A stretch of DNA of 62,548 nt, taken from NCBI RefSeq assembly GCF_017475925.1, contig NZ_JAFVER010000058.1; one strand, written 5' to 3'. Below are positions 43,955-54,346 of this stretch, one piece after another (within the stretch, counting starts at the first letter, position 1; each line of letters begins with the position of its first letter). The position numbers and the translations under genes were made by a program. A model generated the notes under the pieces. The model worked only from the letters and a program-made list of their open reading frames with translations. It did not search any database and was not told the origin of the DNA. Origin of the DNA: Anaerovibrio sp. (GTDB lineage: Bacteria; Bacillota; Negativicutes; Selenomonadales; Selenomonadaceae).

Positions 43955-44992
43955 ATGCATAGCGGAATTTTATACTCTACAGCCCAGGCGCTTAGAGAAA
44001 TTCTGATGTCCTTAGTGGGCATTCCGATTATAGTTGATATTATTATGACGGTAATATGCGCAACGATTCTCCTTTTGATTATGGCTACTTCAGCCTTGGT
44101 ATTTACCTTGGGAGAGCGAAAAATTTGTGCATTTATTCAGGTACGTATTGGACCAAACCGGGTTGGCCCCGGCGGGCTGCTACAGTCAGTGGCTGATATG
44201 ATTAAGCTGATGGACAAGGAGGACATTGTACCGAAGGGGATTGATAAATGGCTTTGGGTACTGTCACCGATTCTTCTGCTGGTGCCTTCGGCACTGATAT
44301 ATGCCTTTTTCCCCTTTGATGATGGGGTTATTTTGGCAGATGTAAATGTGGGGCTGTTTTTGTTGATTGCCATTACTTCACAGACGGTTTTGCCATTTTT
44401 GATGGGTGGATATGCTTCAAACAGTAAGTATTCCATGATTGGTGGTATGCGTACTGTGGCACAGATGCTTGGCTATGAAGTACCAATGGTTTTTGCACTG
44501 ATGGGTATTGTAATGCTTACCGGCTCCCTGAAAATGAGTGCCATTGTAGAAGCACAGTCCAACGTGTGGTTTATTGTATTACAGCCTTTGGCGTTTCTTA
44601 TCTACATAGTTACAGCCTTGTTAGAAAGCAACCGGCCACCGTTTAACCTTGTTGAGGGTGAATCAGAAATCATTGCCGGACCGTTTACCGAGTATACGGG
44701 CATGCGCTGGGCCTTGTTTTTCCTGGCGGAATTTTCCAATCTTATGTGTATTGGAATCCTGACTACTACTCTGTTTTTAGGTGGTTGGCATGGGCCTGAT
44801 TTCCTGCCTGGCTTCTGCTGGTTCTGGATAAAGACCTTTATCTGTGTATTGTTTTATCAATGGGTTGGCTGGACCTTCCCACGCCTCAGAATAGATACAA
44901 TGCTGAGCTTTGGCTGGAAGGTGCTTCTACCAATTGCTTTGATAAATGTATTGCTAACCGGTGTAGGTATCTATATTTACAATATTATGTGA
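43955..44992 (+). CDS. nuoH: Complex I-like subunit H
   Basis: ERKI..Q.RIGPNRVGP, ESNRPPF, PRLRID. Confidence 0.95.
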   Translation: MHSGILYSTAQALREILMSLVGIPIIVDIIMTVICATILLLIMATSALVFTLGERKICAFIQVRIGPNRVGPGGLLQSVADMIKLMDKEDIVPKGIDKWLWVLSPILLLVPSALIYAFFPFDDGVILADVNVGLFLLIAITSQTVLPFLMGGYASNSKYSMIGGMRTVAQMLGYEVPMVFALMGIVMLTGSLKMSAIVEAQSNVWFIVLQPLAFLIYIVTALLESNRPPFNLVEGESEIIAGPFTEYTGMRWALFFLAEFSNLMCIGILTTTLFLGGWHGPDFLPGFCWFWIKTFICVLFYQWVGWTFPRLRIDTMLSFGWKVLLPIALINVLLTGVGIYIYNIM

Positions 44993-45007
44993 TAGGAGAC
45001 TTCAATT

Positions 45008-45415
45008 ATGTGGGGCAAAGGACTTGTAGCAGGATTGAAGGTTACTTGGGGCCACTGGTTTGGCAAGAAGGAAACTGTATATTATCCTGAAGAAAGATTG
45101 CCAATGACCGAACGCTTTCGGGGCGGTCATCTGGTATTAGATGATAAAAAGTGTATCGCATGTAAGCTGTGTGCAATGGGCTGTCCAAATGCTGCATTGG
45201 ATTTGACCGTATCGGTTGATGAGGATAAAAAACGCCATATGGACTCCTATAAGCATCAAATAGGACGCTGCATGTATTGTGATTTGTGTATTGAGGCTTG
45301 TCCGGTAAAGGCACTTAGCTGGGACAAGAATTATGAGGGTTCTTCCTACTTTAAGGAAGATATGACCTATGATGCTGTAGTAGAAGCAAAGAACAGGAGG
45401 GGGAGCAATGAATGA
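45008..45415 (+). CDS. nuoI: Complex I-like subunit I
   Basis: Two CxxCxxCxxxCP motifs, YPEE. Confidence 0.93.
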   Translation: MWGKGLVAGLKVTWGHWFGKKETVYYPEERLPMTERFRGGHLVLDDKKCIACKLCAMGCPNAALDLTVSVDEDKKRHMDSYKHQIGRCMYCDLCIEACPVKALSWDKNYEGSSYFKEDMTYDAVVEAKNRRGSNE

Positions 45416-45911
45416 GCTTTTAAGTACCCTGGTGTTCTATGCCGTGGCAGTTGTGATTTTGGCTACTGCCCTTGGGGTAGTAATGAGTAAAAACCTGGTT
45501 CACAGTGCATTATTGATGACGGCCTGCTTTATAGGTGTTGGTGTGCTGTTTATTTGGCTGAATGCTGACTTCCTTGGAGCGATGGAATTTATGCTTTACT
45601 CCGGTGGTGTGGCGATTTTGGTTGTAATGGGTGTTATGCTGACAAAGCGGGAAGCGGGGCCTCCGGGCAATCCGTTTAATGGCAGAAAGCTGACTGCCCT
45701 GGGCATGGTGATACTGTTCATGCTGGTTATGTGTACTGTGGTGGTATCAACTCCAATCCCAACTGGCGGCTTTGTTTCTCCGGATACGGTAAGCGACCTG
45801 GCAGATATGATGCTAAACAGGTATATTCTGCCCTTTGAAATTGCAGCTACTTTGCTGCTGGCTGCTCTTTTGGGAGCTATTATTTTGGCGAAGGGAGATG
45901 GCGAAGCATGA
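45408..45911 (+). CDS. nuoJ: Complex I-like subunit J
   Basis: NLVHSAL, YSGG, LPFEIA. Confidence 0.92.
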   Translation: MNELLSTLVFYAVAVVILATALGVVMSKNLVHSALLMTACFIGVGVLFIWLNADFLGAMEFMLYSGGVAILVVMGVMLTKREAGPPGNPFNGRKLTALGMVILFMLVMCTVVVSTPIPTGGFVSPDTVSDLADMMLNRYILPFEIAATLLLAALLGAIILAKGDGEA

Positions 45912-46219
45912 CTATTGGTTTGAATCATTGCCTGCTGTTGGCGGCGATGCTGTTTGCCATCGGTCTCTACGGTGTGCTTTCCAAACGCAACATAATTGCT
46001 GTTTTGATGGGGGTTGAGCTTATGCTGAACGCCGTAAATATCAATTTTGTTGCCTTCAACCGATTTACTCCGGTGTCTGACCTGACCGGTCAGCTGATGA
46101 CCGTGTTTGCCATTACTGTAGGTGTGGCAGAGGTGGCCATTGGTGTGGCATTGGCGTATCGGATTTACAATGACAGAAATACTATTAATGTTGATGAGCT
46201 GGATAATATGAAGGGTTAA
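45908..46219 (+). CDS. nuoK: Complex I-like subunit K
   Basis: GVELMLNAVNINF, AEVAIG. Confidence 0.93.
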   Translation: MTIGLNHCLLLAAMLFAIGLYGVLSKRNIIAVLMGVELMLNAVNINFVAFNRFTPVSDLTGQLMTVFAITVGVAEVAIGVALAYRIYNDRNTINVDELDNMKG

Positions 46220-46233
46220 GGAGGGGCTATTTG

Positions 46234-48132
46234 ATGTTTTATGAGTTTGCACTTGAACATGCCTGGCTAATCCCGTTATTACCAGCAATTGCCTTTGTGA
46301 TTATCGGTATGATAACCCGGGCCTATGGGAAATTGTCTGCACTCATTGCCGTGTGCATGAGTACAATCAGCTTTCTTCTGTCCGCTGGGGTTACCTATGC
46401 AGTGGTAAATAATGGAATTACCGTTGAAATGCCGTTTGTGCAGAAGCTTTCCTGGATGCACATAGGTAGTGTTGATATTTCCATGGGTGTGCTTATTGAC
46501 CCATTAACAGCAATGATGCTGATAGTTGTTTCTACAGTATCATTATTGGTACAGATTTATTCCTGTGGCTATATGAAGGGGGACCCAGGCTATGGTAGAT
46601 TTTTCTCCTTCCTGTCACTGTTTGCCGCCTCCATGCTTGGTCTGGTACTGGCAGTGAACTTCCTCCAGATGTACGTATTCTGGGAGTTGGTTGGTCTGTG
46701 TTCATATCTTTTGATTGGGTTCTACTATTATAAGATTTCGGCCCGGGAGGCAGCCAAAAAGGCATTTATGACCACCCGTGTAGGTGACTTTGGTCTGCTG
46801 TTGGGTATCCTGCTTTTGCAGATAAATTTTGGTACCCTTGACTTTATGGCCTTAAAGGAGATTATTCCTGCGCATATCATGTCTGCCGGGACAGGTCTGA
46901 TGACCATTATTGCCCTACTGATATTTGTGGGACCTATCGGAAAATCTGGTCAGTTTCCACTGCATGTATGGCTGCCTGACGCAATGGAAGGTCCTACTCC
47001 AGTATCTGCACTTATTCATGCTGCAACAATGGTTGTTGCCGGCGTGTATCTAGTAGGCCGTGCCTTCTTTATGTTTAATGAACTGCCAACGGTAATGAAT
47101 GTTATTGCCTGGGTAGGAGGCTTTACGGCATTCTTTGCGGCCAGTATTGCCTTTACCCAAACTGCTATCAAGCGGATTTTGGCGTATTCCACCATCAGTC
47201 AGCTGGGATATATGATGTTAGCACTGGGAGTGGGCTCTCTTACTGCTTCCTTCTTCCACCTGATGACTCATGCCTTTTTCAAGGCGCTGTTGTTCCTTTG
47301 CGCTGGTGCAGTTATGCATGCTATGGCTGATGAGGCAAATATATTCAAAATGGGTGGACTGCGTAAGAAGATGCCAATTACCTTTGCCACAATGAGCATC
47401 GGCGTTTTGGCAATAGCTGGTATTCCTCCTTTTGCAGGATTTTTCTCCAAGGATGAAATTCTTGTGGCTGCGGCGTCGGTAAGTACGCCGTTGTACTTGC
47501 TGGGAACTCTGACTGCTTTTATGACAGCATTTTATATGGCTCGTCTGCTCTTTGTTACCTTCTTTGGGCGGCCGGCCAGCGAGGAGGCCTTTGAGCATGC
47601 CCATGAGGTGTCCTGGTTCATGCTGGTACCACTTATTGTTTTGGGGGCTCTGGCAGTGGTTAGTGGCCTTTGGGGCCATGTATGCGGCTTTGGTGAGTGG
47701 GTACGCTTTGGCGCGCCACATGAGGCCAGCATAGATATGGTTATTGCTGTATCATCTACCATTTTGTCTTTAATAGCCTTTGGAATTGCCTACAACATAT
47801 ATGTAGCCAAGAATTGGAGCTCAGATGTTATTGCTGAAAAATGTGGTATATTGTATAAGCTGAGCTACAACAAGTTCTATATTGATGAAATCTATGCTGC
47901 CCTTATCAAGGTAGCAGTTGATGGTGTAGCAAAGGTATTCTACTGGATTGACATTTATATTGTAGATGGTGTTATCAATGGCCTGGCCAATCTGGTAGGG
48001 GGCCTAAGCAATACGCTCAGTAAAGCAGAGAATGGACAGGCGCAGCATTATGCCGGCTTCTTTGTTTGTGGCGTGGTAATTCTTGTGGCATATAGCCTTT
48101 ATTATCTGGCAGTTATGGGAGGTGCATTTTAA
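46234..48132 (+). CDS. nuoL: Complex I-like subunit L
   Basis: GKSGQFPLHVWLPDAMEGPTPVSALIHAATMV, HAFFKALLF. Confidence 0.95.
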   Translation: MFYEFALEHAWLIPLLPAIAFVIIGMITRAYGKLSALIAVCMSTISFLLSAGVTYAVVNNGITVEMPFVQKLSWMHIGSVDISMGVLIDPLTAMMLIVVSTVSLLVQIYSCGYMKGDPGYGRFFSFLSLFAASMLGLVLAVNFLQMYVFWELVGLCSYLLIGFYYYKISAREAAKKAFMTTRVGDFGLLLGILLLQINFGTLDFMALKEIIPAHIMSAGTGLMTIIALLIFVGPIGKSGQFPLHVWLPDAMEGPTPVSALIHAATMVVAGVYLVGRAFFMFNELPTVMNVIAWVGGFTAFFAASIAFTQTAIKRILAYSTISQLGYMMLALGVGSLTASFFHLMTHAFFKALLFLCAGAVMHAMADEANIFKMGGLRKKMPITFATMSIGVLAIAGIPPFAGFFSKDEILVAAASVSTPLYLLGTLTAFMTAFYMARLLFVTFFGRPASEEAFEHAHEVSWFMLVPLIVLGALAVVSGLWGHVCGFGEWVRFGAPHEASIDMVIAVSSTILSLIAFGIAYNIYVAKNWSSDVIAEKCGILYKLSYNKFYIDEIYAALIKVAVDGVAKVFYWIDIYIVDGVINGLANLVGGLSNTLSKAENGQAQHYAGFFVCGVVILVAYSLYYLAVMGGAF

Positions 48133-49667
48133 TGGCTGGCTTTCCTTTATTGACAGCAGTTTTATTGGCACCAATCTGCGCTGCTGTACTCATGTGTTTT
48201 GTATCTCCAAAATCCGCCCAGTCAGTGCGGGTCATATCTGCTGCGGCTATGACTACGGCTTTGGCGCTTACCCTGTATGCGTTTTTCAATTATGATTTAA
48301 GTGCTGGTGGTATGCAGTTTACGGAAAATATTCCGTGGATTAAGGATTTAGGTGTACATTATTCCCTGGGGGTAGATGGTATTTCCTTGCCGATGCTGCT
48401 GCTCACTGACCTTATTGGTTTGGCAGCGGTATACAGCTCGTGGAATATCACCAACCGACCTAAGGAATTTTACATTCTGTTGATGATTTTGATTGCCGGA
48501 GTTACCGGTACCTTTATTGCAACAGATTTGTTTATATTCCTGCTTTGCTACGAGGTAGTGGTTATTCCAATTTATATCATGGTTATAATTTGGGGCTCCA
48601 CTAAGCGGGTAAGCAAGGAATATGCTGGTATGAAGCTGACGATTTACCTTTTGATGGGGTCAGCCTTTATGCTGGTAGGTGTTGTTGCACTGTATCTCAC
48701 TGCGTCGTCAGTGCTGGGAGTCAACACCTTTGATATGCAGGCGTTGGCTGTTGCTGGCCAGATGGGCCTTTTAAGTGAAGAATTTCAGATTTTTGCCTTC
48801 CTGCTGCTGCTGTTGGGCTTCGGCTCACTTTTATCCATGTTCCCGTTCCACAGCTGGTCTCCTGACGGTTATGCAGGTGCGCCAACTGCGGTATCAATGA
48901 TTCATGCTGGTGTATTGAAGAAAATCGGTGGATATGGTCTTATCAGGCTGGGGCTTTTGGTGCTGCCATTGGGAGCAAAGTTTTGGGCACCGGTAATAGC
49001 TGGACTGGCAATGATTAACGTTATGTATGCAGCCTATATTGCCATTGCCCAAAAGGATTTGAAATATGTTATTGGATATTCATCAGTATCCCATATGGGT
49101 TATGTGCTGTTGGGTTTTGCAGCATTGAACGTTGTATCAGTAAGTGGTGCAGTTGCCAACATGGTGGCCCATGGTGTCATGAGTGCCTTGTTCTTTGCCA
49201 TGATTGGTTTTGTTTATGAAAAGACACATCTCAGAAGTGTAACTGAGCTAAGGGGACTGGCTCATCAGATGCCACGGGTTGCCACCGGCTTTATGCTGGC
49301 TGGTATGGCCTCCTTGGGCTTGCCAGGTCTCATCAGCTTTATCCCGGAGTTTACAATATTTGTTGGTTCATTTAGTGTTTATCCTGTATTTGCTGTTTTG
49401 GCAATATCCGGTATTATTTTTACAGCACTGTATACCTTACGGGTGCTGGCAAAGGTGCTCTTTGGACCGAAGGATGATAAGTTTGACCGTTATGCCGATG
49501 CCCGCGGGGCTGAAATGATGCCACTTATAATTCTTGGTATCGCCCTGGTTGGCTTTGGTATTTTCCCACAGCTTCTCATGGGAATGGTTGGAACTGGAAC
49601 AGAGCCATTGTTGCCATTACTTGAGCGCATTGCAGATGCGCCTGCCATGATAGGGGGGATCAGATAA
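48132..49667 (+). CDS. nuoM: Complex I-like subunit M
   Basis: GVDGIS, FPFHSW, YSSVSHMG, LGLPG. Confidence 0.94.
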   Translation: MAGFPLLTAVLLAPICAAVLMCFVSPKSAQSVRVISAAAMTTALALTLYAFFNYDLSAGGMQFTENIPWIKDLGVHYSLGVDGISLPMLLLTDLIGLAAVYSSWNITNRPKEFYILLMILIAGVTGTFIATDLFIFLLCYEVVVIPIYIMVIIWGSTKRVSKEYAGMKLTIYLLMGSAFMLVGVVALYLTASSVLGVNTFDMQALAVAGQMGLLSEEFQIFAFLLLLLGFGSLLSMFPFHSWSPDGYAGAPTAVSMIHAGVLKKIGGYGLIRLGLLVLPLGAKFWAPVIAGLAMINVMYAAYIAIAQKDLKYVIGYSSVSHMGYVLLGFAALNVVSVSGAVANMVAHGVMSALFFAMIGFVYEKTHLRSVTELRGLAHQMPRVATGFMLAGMASLGLPGLISFIPEFTIFVGSFSVYPVFAVLAISGIIFTALYTLRVLAKVLFGPKDDKFDRYADARGAEMMPLIILGIALVGFGIFPQLLMGMVGTGTEPLLPLLERIADAPAMIGGIR

Positions 49668-51115
49668 TGCATTTTGAAGTAATCAGTACAGAAATCTTTA
49701 TTTTGGTCCTTGGTCTGTTTGCCATTATTATGGACCTGGTTCTGCCAAAGAACGAATCCCGCAAGAGTATTGGCAGTGTGTTGATTTTTGCTCTTACGGC
49801 CTGGCTGATATACATGTTTACCCTGTACACTCCACAGGCTGTAATAGCTGATGGTGGAACAGCAACCCGATATTTCAATGATACTATATATGTGGTTGAC
49901 AATTATTCCATCTTCTTTAAGCAGCTGTTTATTGCTGCTACCATATTTACCATGCTGTTTTCCCTGGATTATACGCAGACTGTACTTCGCTACAAGGGTG
50001 AGTTTTACTCCCTTCTGATGACAGCCCTGCTGGGGATGTGTGTTCTGGCTTCGTCCAATGATTTCCTCACCGCCTTTATTGGTCTGGAGCTGATGACGAT
50101 TTCCTTCTACATTTTAGTTGGAGCGAGAATTTCATCGAAAAATTCCAGTGAGGCAGCAATAAAGTATTTGGTTGTAGGCTCGGTTTCCACGGCTATTATG
50201 CTTTATGGCATTAGTCTGGTATATGGTGTCACCGGTAGCGTTCATTTCTATGATATGCTGCGAAACCAGTATCTGTTTTCATCGGCAGGACTGGCGGGTG
50301 CTACTATGATTATGGTGGGATTTTTCTTCAAGCTGTCAGTTATCCCTTTCCATATGTGGGCACCGGATGTATATCAGGGAGCGCCTACTCCGGTAACAGC
50401 TATGCTGGCCATGGGCTCTAAGGCCGCAGGCATTGCTGTGTTTATGCGGGTACTGTATGTGGCATTCCCTTTGATTGGCTATTATTGGCTGCCGATTTTG
50501 GCCGTATTGTCGGCAGTGTGTATGATTGGCGGTAATATCATGGCCATTCGTCAGACCGATGTTAAACGTATGCTGGCGTATTCCTCCATCGCTCAGGCTG
50601 GCTATATGATGGTGGGTATTGTTTCGGCAGATTTTGCTGGAATGAAGGCTGTTATGTTTTATGGTATGCTGTATGTGTTTGCCAATGTGGGAGCCTTTGC
50701 TGCTTTGTCGTTGGTAGAGCAGCACCGTGGTGGCTCTGATTATAAATCCATTGCCGGACTGGCCAAGTCGGCCCCGGTTATGGCTGCTGTTATGACAGTT
50801 TCCCTGCTGTCTATGGCTGGTATTCCACCTACGGCTGGATTTGCCGGTAAGCTTTATCTGTTTACCGCTGTGGTAAATCAGGGATATTTGTGGCTGGCCT
50901 TTGTTGGCTTCATTATGTCCATGATTTCTGTATATTATTATCTCCAGGTTGCCAAGGCAATGTATTTGGACAAGGGCAATGATGAACCAATAGTTATTTC
51001 CGGGGCAGCTAGAGCCGCTGCCGTAATCAGTGTGCTGGCCACCATTCTCTTTGGTGTATGGCCGGAAAAGCTGGCAGAAATCACTAATTTGGCAAGCTTC
51101 ACCTTCCTGCAATAA
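49667..51115 (+). CDS. nuoN: Complex I-like subunit N
   Basis: EAAIKY, PFHMWAPDVYQGAPTP, KRMLAYSSI, GIPPTAGF. Confidence 0.95.
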   Translation: MHFEVISTEIFILVLGLFAIIMDLVLPKNESRKSIGSVLIFALTAWLIYMFTLYTPQAVIADGGTATRYFNDTIYVVDNYSIFFKQLFIAATIFTMLFSLDYTQTVLRYKGEFYSLLMTALLGMCVLASSNDFLTAFIGLELMTISFYILVGARISSKNSSEAAIKYLVVGSVSTAIMLYGISLVYGVTGSVHFYDMLRNQYLFSSAGLAGATMIMVGFFFKLSVIPFHMWAPDVYQGAPTPVTAMLAMGSKAAGIAVFMRVLYVAFPLIGYYWLPILAVLSAVCMIGGNIMAIRQTDVKRMLAYSSIAQAGYMMVGIVSADFAGMKAVMFYGMLYVFANVGAFAALSLVEQHRGGSDYKSIAGLAKSAPVMAAVMTVSLLSMAGIPPTAGFAGKLYLFTAVVNQGYLWLAFVGFIMSMISVYYYLQVAKAMYLDKGNDEPIVISGAARAAAVISVLATILFGVWPEKLAEITNLASFTFLQ

Positions 51116-51122
51116 GAAATTA

Positions 51123-51162
51123 AAAAATGCTGTTGCACAAATTATCCTGCAACAGCATTTTT
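51123..51162 (+). terminator. Terminator after the nuo operon
   Basis: AAAAATGCTGTTGCA...TGCAACAGCATTTTT. Confidence 0.75.
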
Positions 51163-51409
51163 ATTGACACAGGCAGTAGGATTGGAGAGAGACAAAAGAC
51201 CTATTTCCTGCGATTATTACCTGTTATACTGTAGTAAATATTGACAATATATAGTGGAGTTAAGTACAATTAACATGTTACGGATTTTATAAATCACGAG
51301 CTTTACCCTACATTAATTGGTGCTTACCTCCCACCTGGGAGGGGGACCTTAGCACCTGTTGGTTTGGGATAATGGTGATGTTTTTTAGCTCTCAGGAGGT
51401 ACGGCCAGG

Positions 51410-51685
51410 ATGGAATTAAAAAATTTTATGGAGGACATTGTGCTGTCCAAAATGGAGGAGGTTCTCCGCCAATATCCAAATTGCTGTACCTGTGAAAACT
51501 GTAAGCGGGACATTGCAATATTAGCCCTTAATCATCTTCCGCCTAGATATATATCCACAGAAAAGGGGCAGATTTTTGCCCGTGTGGAAAGTATGGGCAG
51601 TGAGTATGCTGTGGAAACTGTTACCCAGATTGCTGATGCTATTGAAATAGTTATGGCTCATCCACGGCATGAAGCAAATAAATAA
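51410..51685 (+). CDS. comFB: ComFB-family protein
   Basis: LKNFMEDIV, CCTCENC.DI..LALNHLPPRY, HPRH. Confidence 0.9.
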   Translation: MELKNFMEDIVLSKMEEVLRQYPNCCTCENCKRDIAILALNHLPPRYISTEKGQIFARVESMGSEYAVETVTQIADAIEIVMAHPRHEANK

Positions 51686-51817
51686 ATATTACCCAACTGA
51701 TAAAGCGCTCATCCTTATGGAAATGAGCGCTTTTCTTATGTAAATTTATCACAAATAAAATACAGCCGGTAACATGCCAGATGTATTTTTGATAGTTGTT
51801 TTTGATAATAATCCTAT

Positions 51818-52762
51818 CTATTCACCAATAGACAAAAATATTTTATTCAAAGCTTCAAAGGTACTTAATGCTAGGTTAAAATCCTGCTTTTTATTAGTAT
51901 AAAGCAAAGTTTCATGCAACTTTTCGTATCTTTGTCGTGTATTGCTACTGAAATTATCTTTCCAGGTATCAAAATCATATGGACCAAGTGGACAATAGTT
52001 ATTTGGCAGATTGCGTTTTTCCAAATAGAAACTGTCTGTTTGCTTGGTTAGTTGCAGCAGACGCTTCAATTCATCTTTGTCCTTAAGAAAATTTTGAATA
52101 TCTGCCCTTTGAAAGAGCATCGTTATGTCATAAACATGGCGGATTTTCTCGGCTAGAGTACCACAGATGGCATGGCGTTTAACCGACATTACCTTGTCTA
52201 TGAAGGTCCTTTCTATTGCAAGTGTATTAACAGTTACTGGTGATAAGTCAAATTCTTCAATTTCTTGAAGCAACCCTTTGGCTTCTAAATATTCCTGTAT
52301 ATAGGTCTTCATTGTCATAGGTCGATATGGGTCTGGACGAACGCTGGAACCTATTTCTAGTTTTATGCGTCCATTGGAACCATTTTGATCGTTAAACCAT
52401 ACATAGGCGCTCTTGTTGCGGTCGTTTCTTTCTGCCGTGATTTTTTCAAGGCGAAATCCATCAGTCAGGCTCTTTTCAACTTGTTTCAGTCGACGATCAT
52501 ACTGTTTATTACCGAGGTCTTCCTGAGGGAGATAGGTAAGGTCAATGTCCTCTGAAAATCTTTCGATAGACCCAGGATAGCATTTACTGAGGGATGTACC
52601 GCCTTTGAATACGCAAGAGTCAGCGTATGGGCTTTGAGCAAGTTTCTTCAATATCATTACTATGAAGTAATCACGCTCGACTGCCACTGCTGGTATACCA
52701 ATATATTGAGCGGTGAGTTCCTGAAGGTCATGAAAGTCAGTCATATATTCATGCAGGTCCAT
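51818..52762 (-). CDS. AbiEii/AbiGii-type nucleotidyltransferase toxin
   Basis: VERDY, VFKGGTSLSK, RFSEDID, RHVYD. Confidence 0.9.
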   Translation of the reverse strand: MDLHEYMTDFHDLQELTAQYIGIPAVAVERDYFIVMILKKLAQSPYADSCVFKGGTSLSKCYPGSIERFSEDIDLTYLPQEDLGNKQYDRRLKQVEKSLTDGFRLEKITAERNDRNKSAYVWFNDQNGSNGRIKLEIGSSVRPDPYRPMTMKTYIQEYLEAKGLLQEIEEFDLSPVTVNTLAIERTFIDKVMSVKRHAICGTLAEKIRHVYDITMLFQRADIQNFLKDKDELKRLLQLTKQTDSFYLEKRNLPNNYCPLGPYDFDTWKDNFSSNTRQRYEKLHETLLYTNKKQDFNLALSTFEALNKIFLSIGE

Positions 52763-53444
52763 AGAATTGCTCCATTTGTGGGATAACATACGTAGATAGA
52801 CTGGATAGATATTGCTGTAGTGTATTTCTAATCTTCCAAAAGCCAAGAAATGCGGCCAAAAAGGCAATGGTTGATTTTTTGTACTTACGATGCCTTAGTG
52901 CGGTTATTACCGCATCCTCGGAGTAATTCATCGCATATTTTTTCATATATTCTGCCAGTTGGCTTCGGTTGATATTCTCGATACTATTGTAATTTTGTAG
53001 AATTTCCAAGGTGGAGATGGCCACGCAGATGGAATCATCGAAATTTAAGTCCAGACGGCTGACCTTAACATTGCGAATAGTCTTTCTGTTCTCCGTCAGA
53101 ACATTGGAAAGAACTTCAACATTCTTGGCTACTTGTGTGGTGAGGCCATACTGATGATACATTCGATAGCCTATAACCATGCCGTGATAACCTTCGGTGT
53201 AGTGTTCGATGATGTTGCGTTCACTGAGGGGGATTTTGCCAAAGCGGGAACAGCGTGGACGATAATAAAGCCCCTTGGTTAAGTGGCACAGTACACCCTT
53301 TTTGGTGAGCCTGGTCACTGTCTGGTAAAAGGCCTGCTCAGAGAAATTTGCTGGAAGGTCTCTATAAAGCAGGTTAGCAGTCAGTATTTTATTTTCTGGC
53401 TGCTTTTCAATAAGATGTTCAATTATCTGTGCTTGGCTGTTCAA
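52749..53444 (-). CDS. AbiEi-like antitoxin (wHTH)
   Basis: RLTKKG..LTKGLYY.P, GLTTQV; overlaps the toxin start. Confidence 0.85.
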   Translation of the reverse strand: MNSQAQIIEHLIEKQPENKILTANLLYRDLPANFSEQAFYQTVTRLTKKGVLCHLTKGLYYRPRCSRFGKIPLSERNIIEHYTEGYHGMVIGYRMYHQYGLTTQVAKNVEVLSNVLTENRKTIRNVKVSRLDLNFDDSICVAISTLEILQNYNSIENINRSQLAEYMKKYAMNYSEDAVITALRHRKYKKSTIAFLAAFLGFWKIRNTLQQYLSSLSTYVIPQMEQFYGPA

Positions 53445-53768
53445 AGTAATCCCTCCTTTGCCTGTTAGATTACAGTTCAGTATATAGGTAAGTCGATAAT
53501 TATGTCAAGTAGAATTGATTTTTACTTTATAAAAAACGGTGGATAAGGACGAAAATGGTGATTTTTGTCCAATTATGGGGACATGATATATACCCAAAAT
53601 GCATCACTTACTGATTTGAAATTACAGTATGGTGTCATAACTGTACGGTATTGGTACTGATTTTATTTTATTATTAGGAAGTTCTCTGTGATGAGCTAAA
53701 AAGAAAGCCCCTCATGATTGAGGGGCTGATGTGCCATAGGCACTTTTTTATGCTGGGAATTATATGTA

Positions 53769-54197
53769 TCAATAAAACAACTCGCTGGCAATACTGCGAC
53801 TAGGCTTTAACACCATTGGCTGTTGTGACATCAGCTTTGTGCCATCCTCGGCAAGCTTCGCCGGTACGGTTTCATCGGGAACTGCTATCATGTGAGGCTT
53901 TTTACGATACCTGGAAACTATTTTTCCATCGCTGTATTCTGTAATCATAATACTGCCATCTGGCATTAGTCGTCGTATTATTTCGGTGATTTTCTGGTCG
54001 TTCTTTAATGCCTGAAGCTGTGAGCGCAGCTCCTGCATTTGCTGGGTTGTTTCTTCAATGGAGCTAAGCTTGTCAACAAGCAGCTCCTTAAAGGATAAGG
54101 CTGGGGACGAAGCAGCAATATTTACAGATGACTGGCTTCCCTTGCTGGCAATTGAATTGGCTGATGCTGACAAATTTTCAGTAAACCTGTATGACAT
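53769..54197 (-). CDS. Hypothetical protein
   Basis: ORF with GTGAGG RBS; SFKELL and RRLMPDGSIMITEY segments; no family recognised. Confidence 0.7.
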   Translation of the reverse strand: MSYRFTENLSASANSIASKGSQSSVNIAASSPALSFKELLVDKLSSIEETTQQMQELRSQLQALKNDQKITEIIRRLMPDGSIMITEYSDGKIVSRYRKKPHMIAVPDETVPAKLAEDGTKLMSQQPMVLKPSRSIASELFY

Positions 54198-54346
54198 AAC
54201 CTCACCGTCTTTCTTACATATATCTGTCCCTATACTGTGCATATCGAAAATATGCACGGGGAAGTTAAGGGATACAAAGTAATAAATGCTAATATAAAAG
54301 TCAAGGCTACATAGGCTATTGTTAAGCAACACTTCAAAATGCAGAT

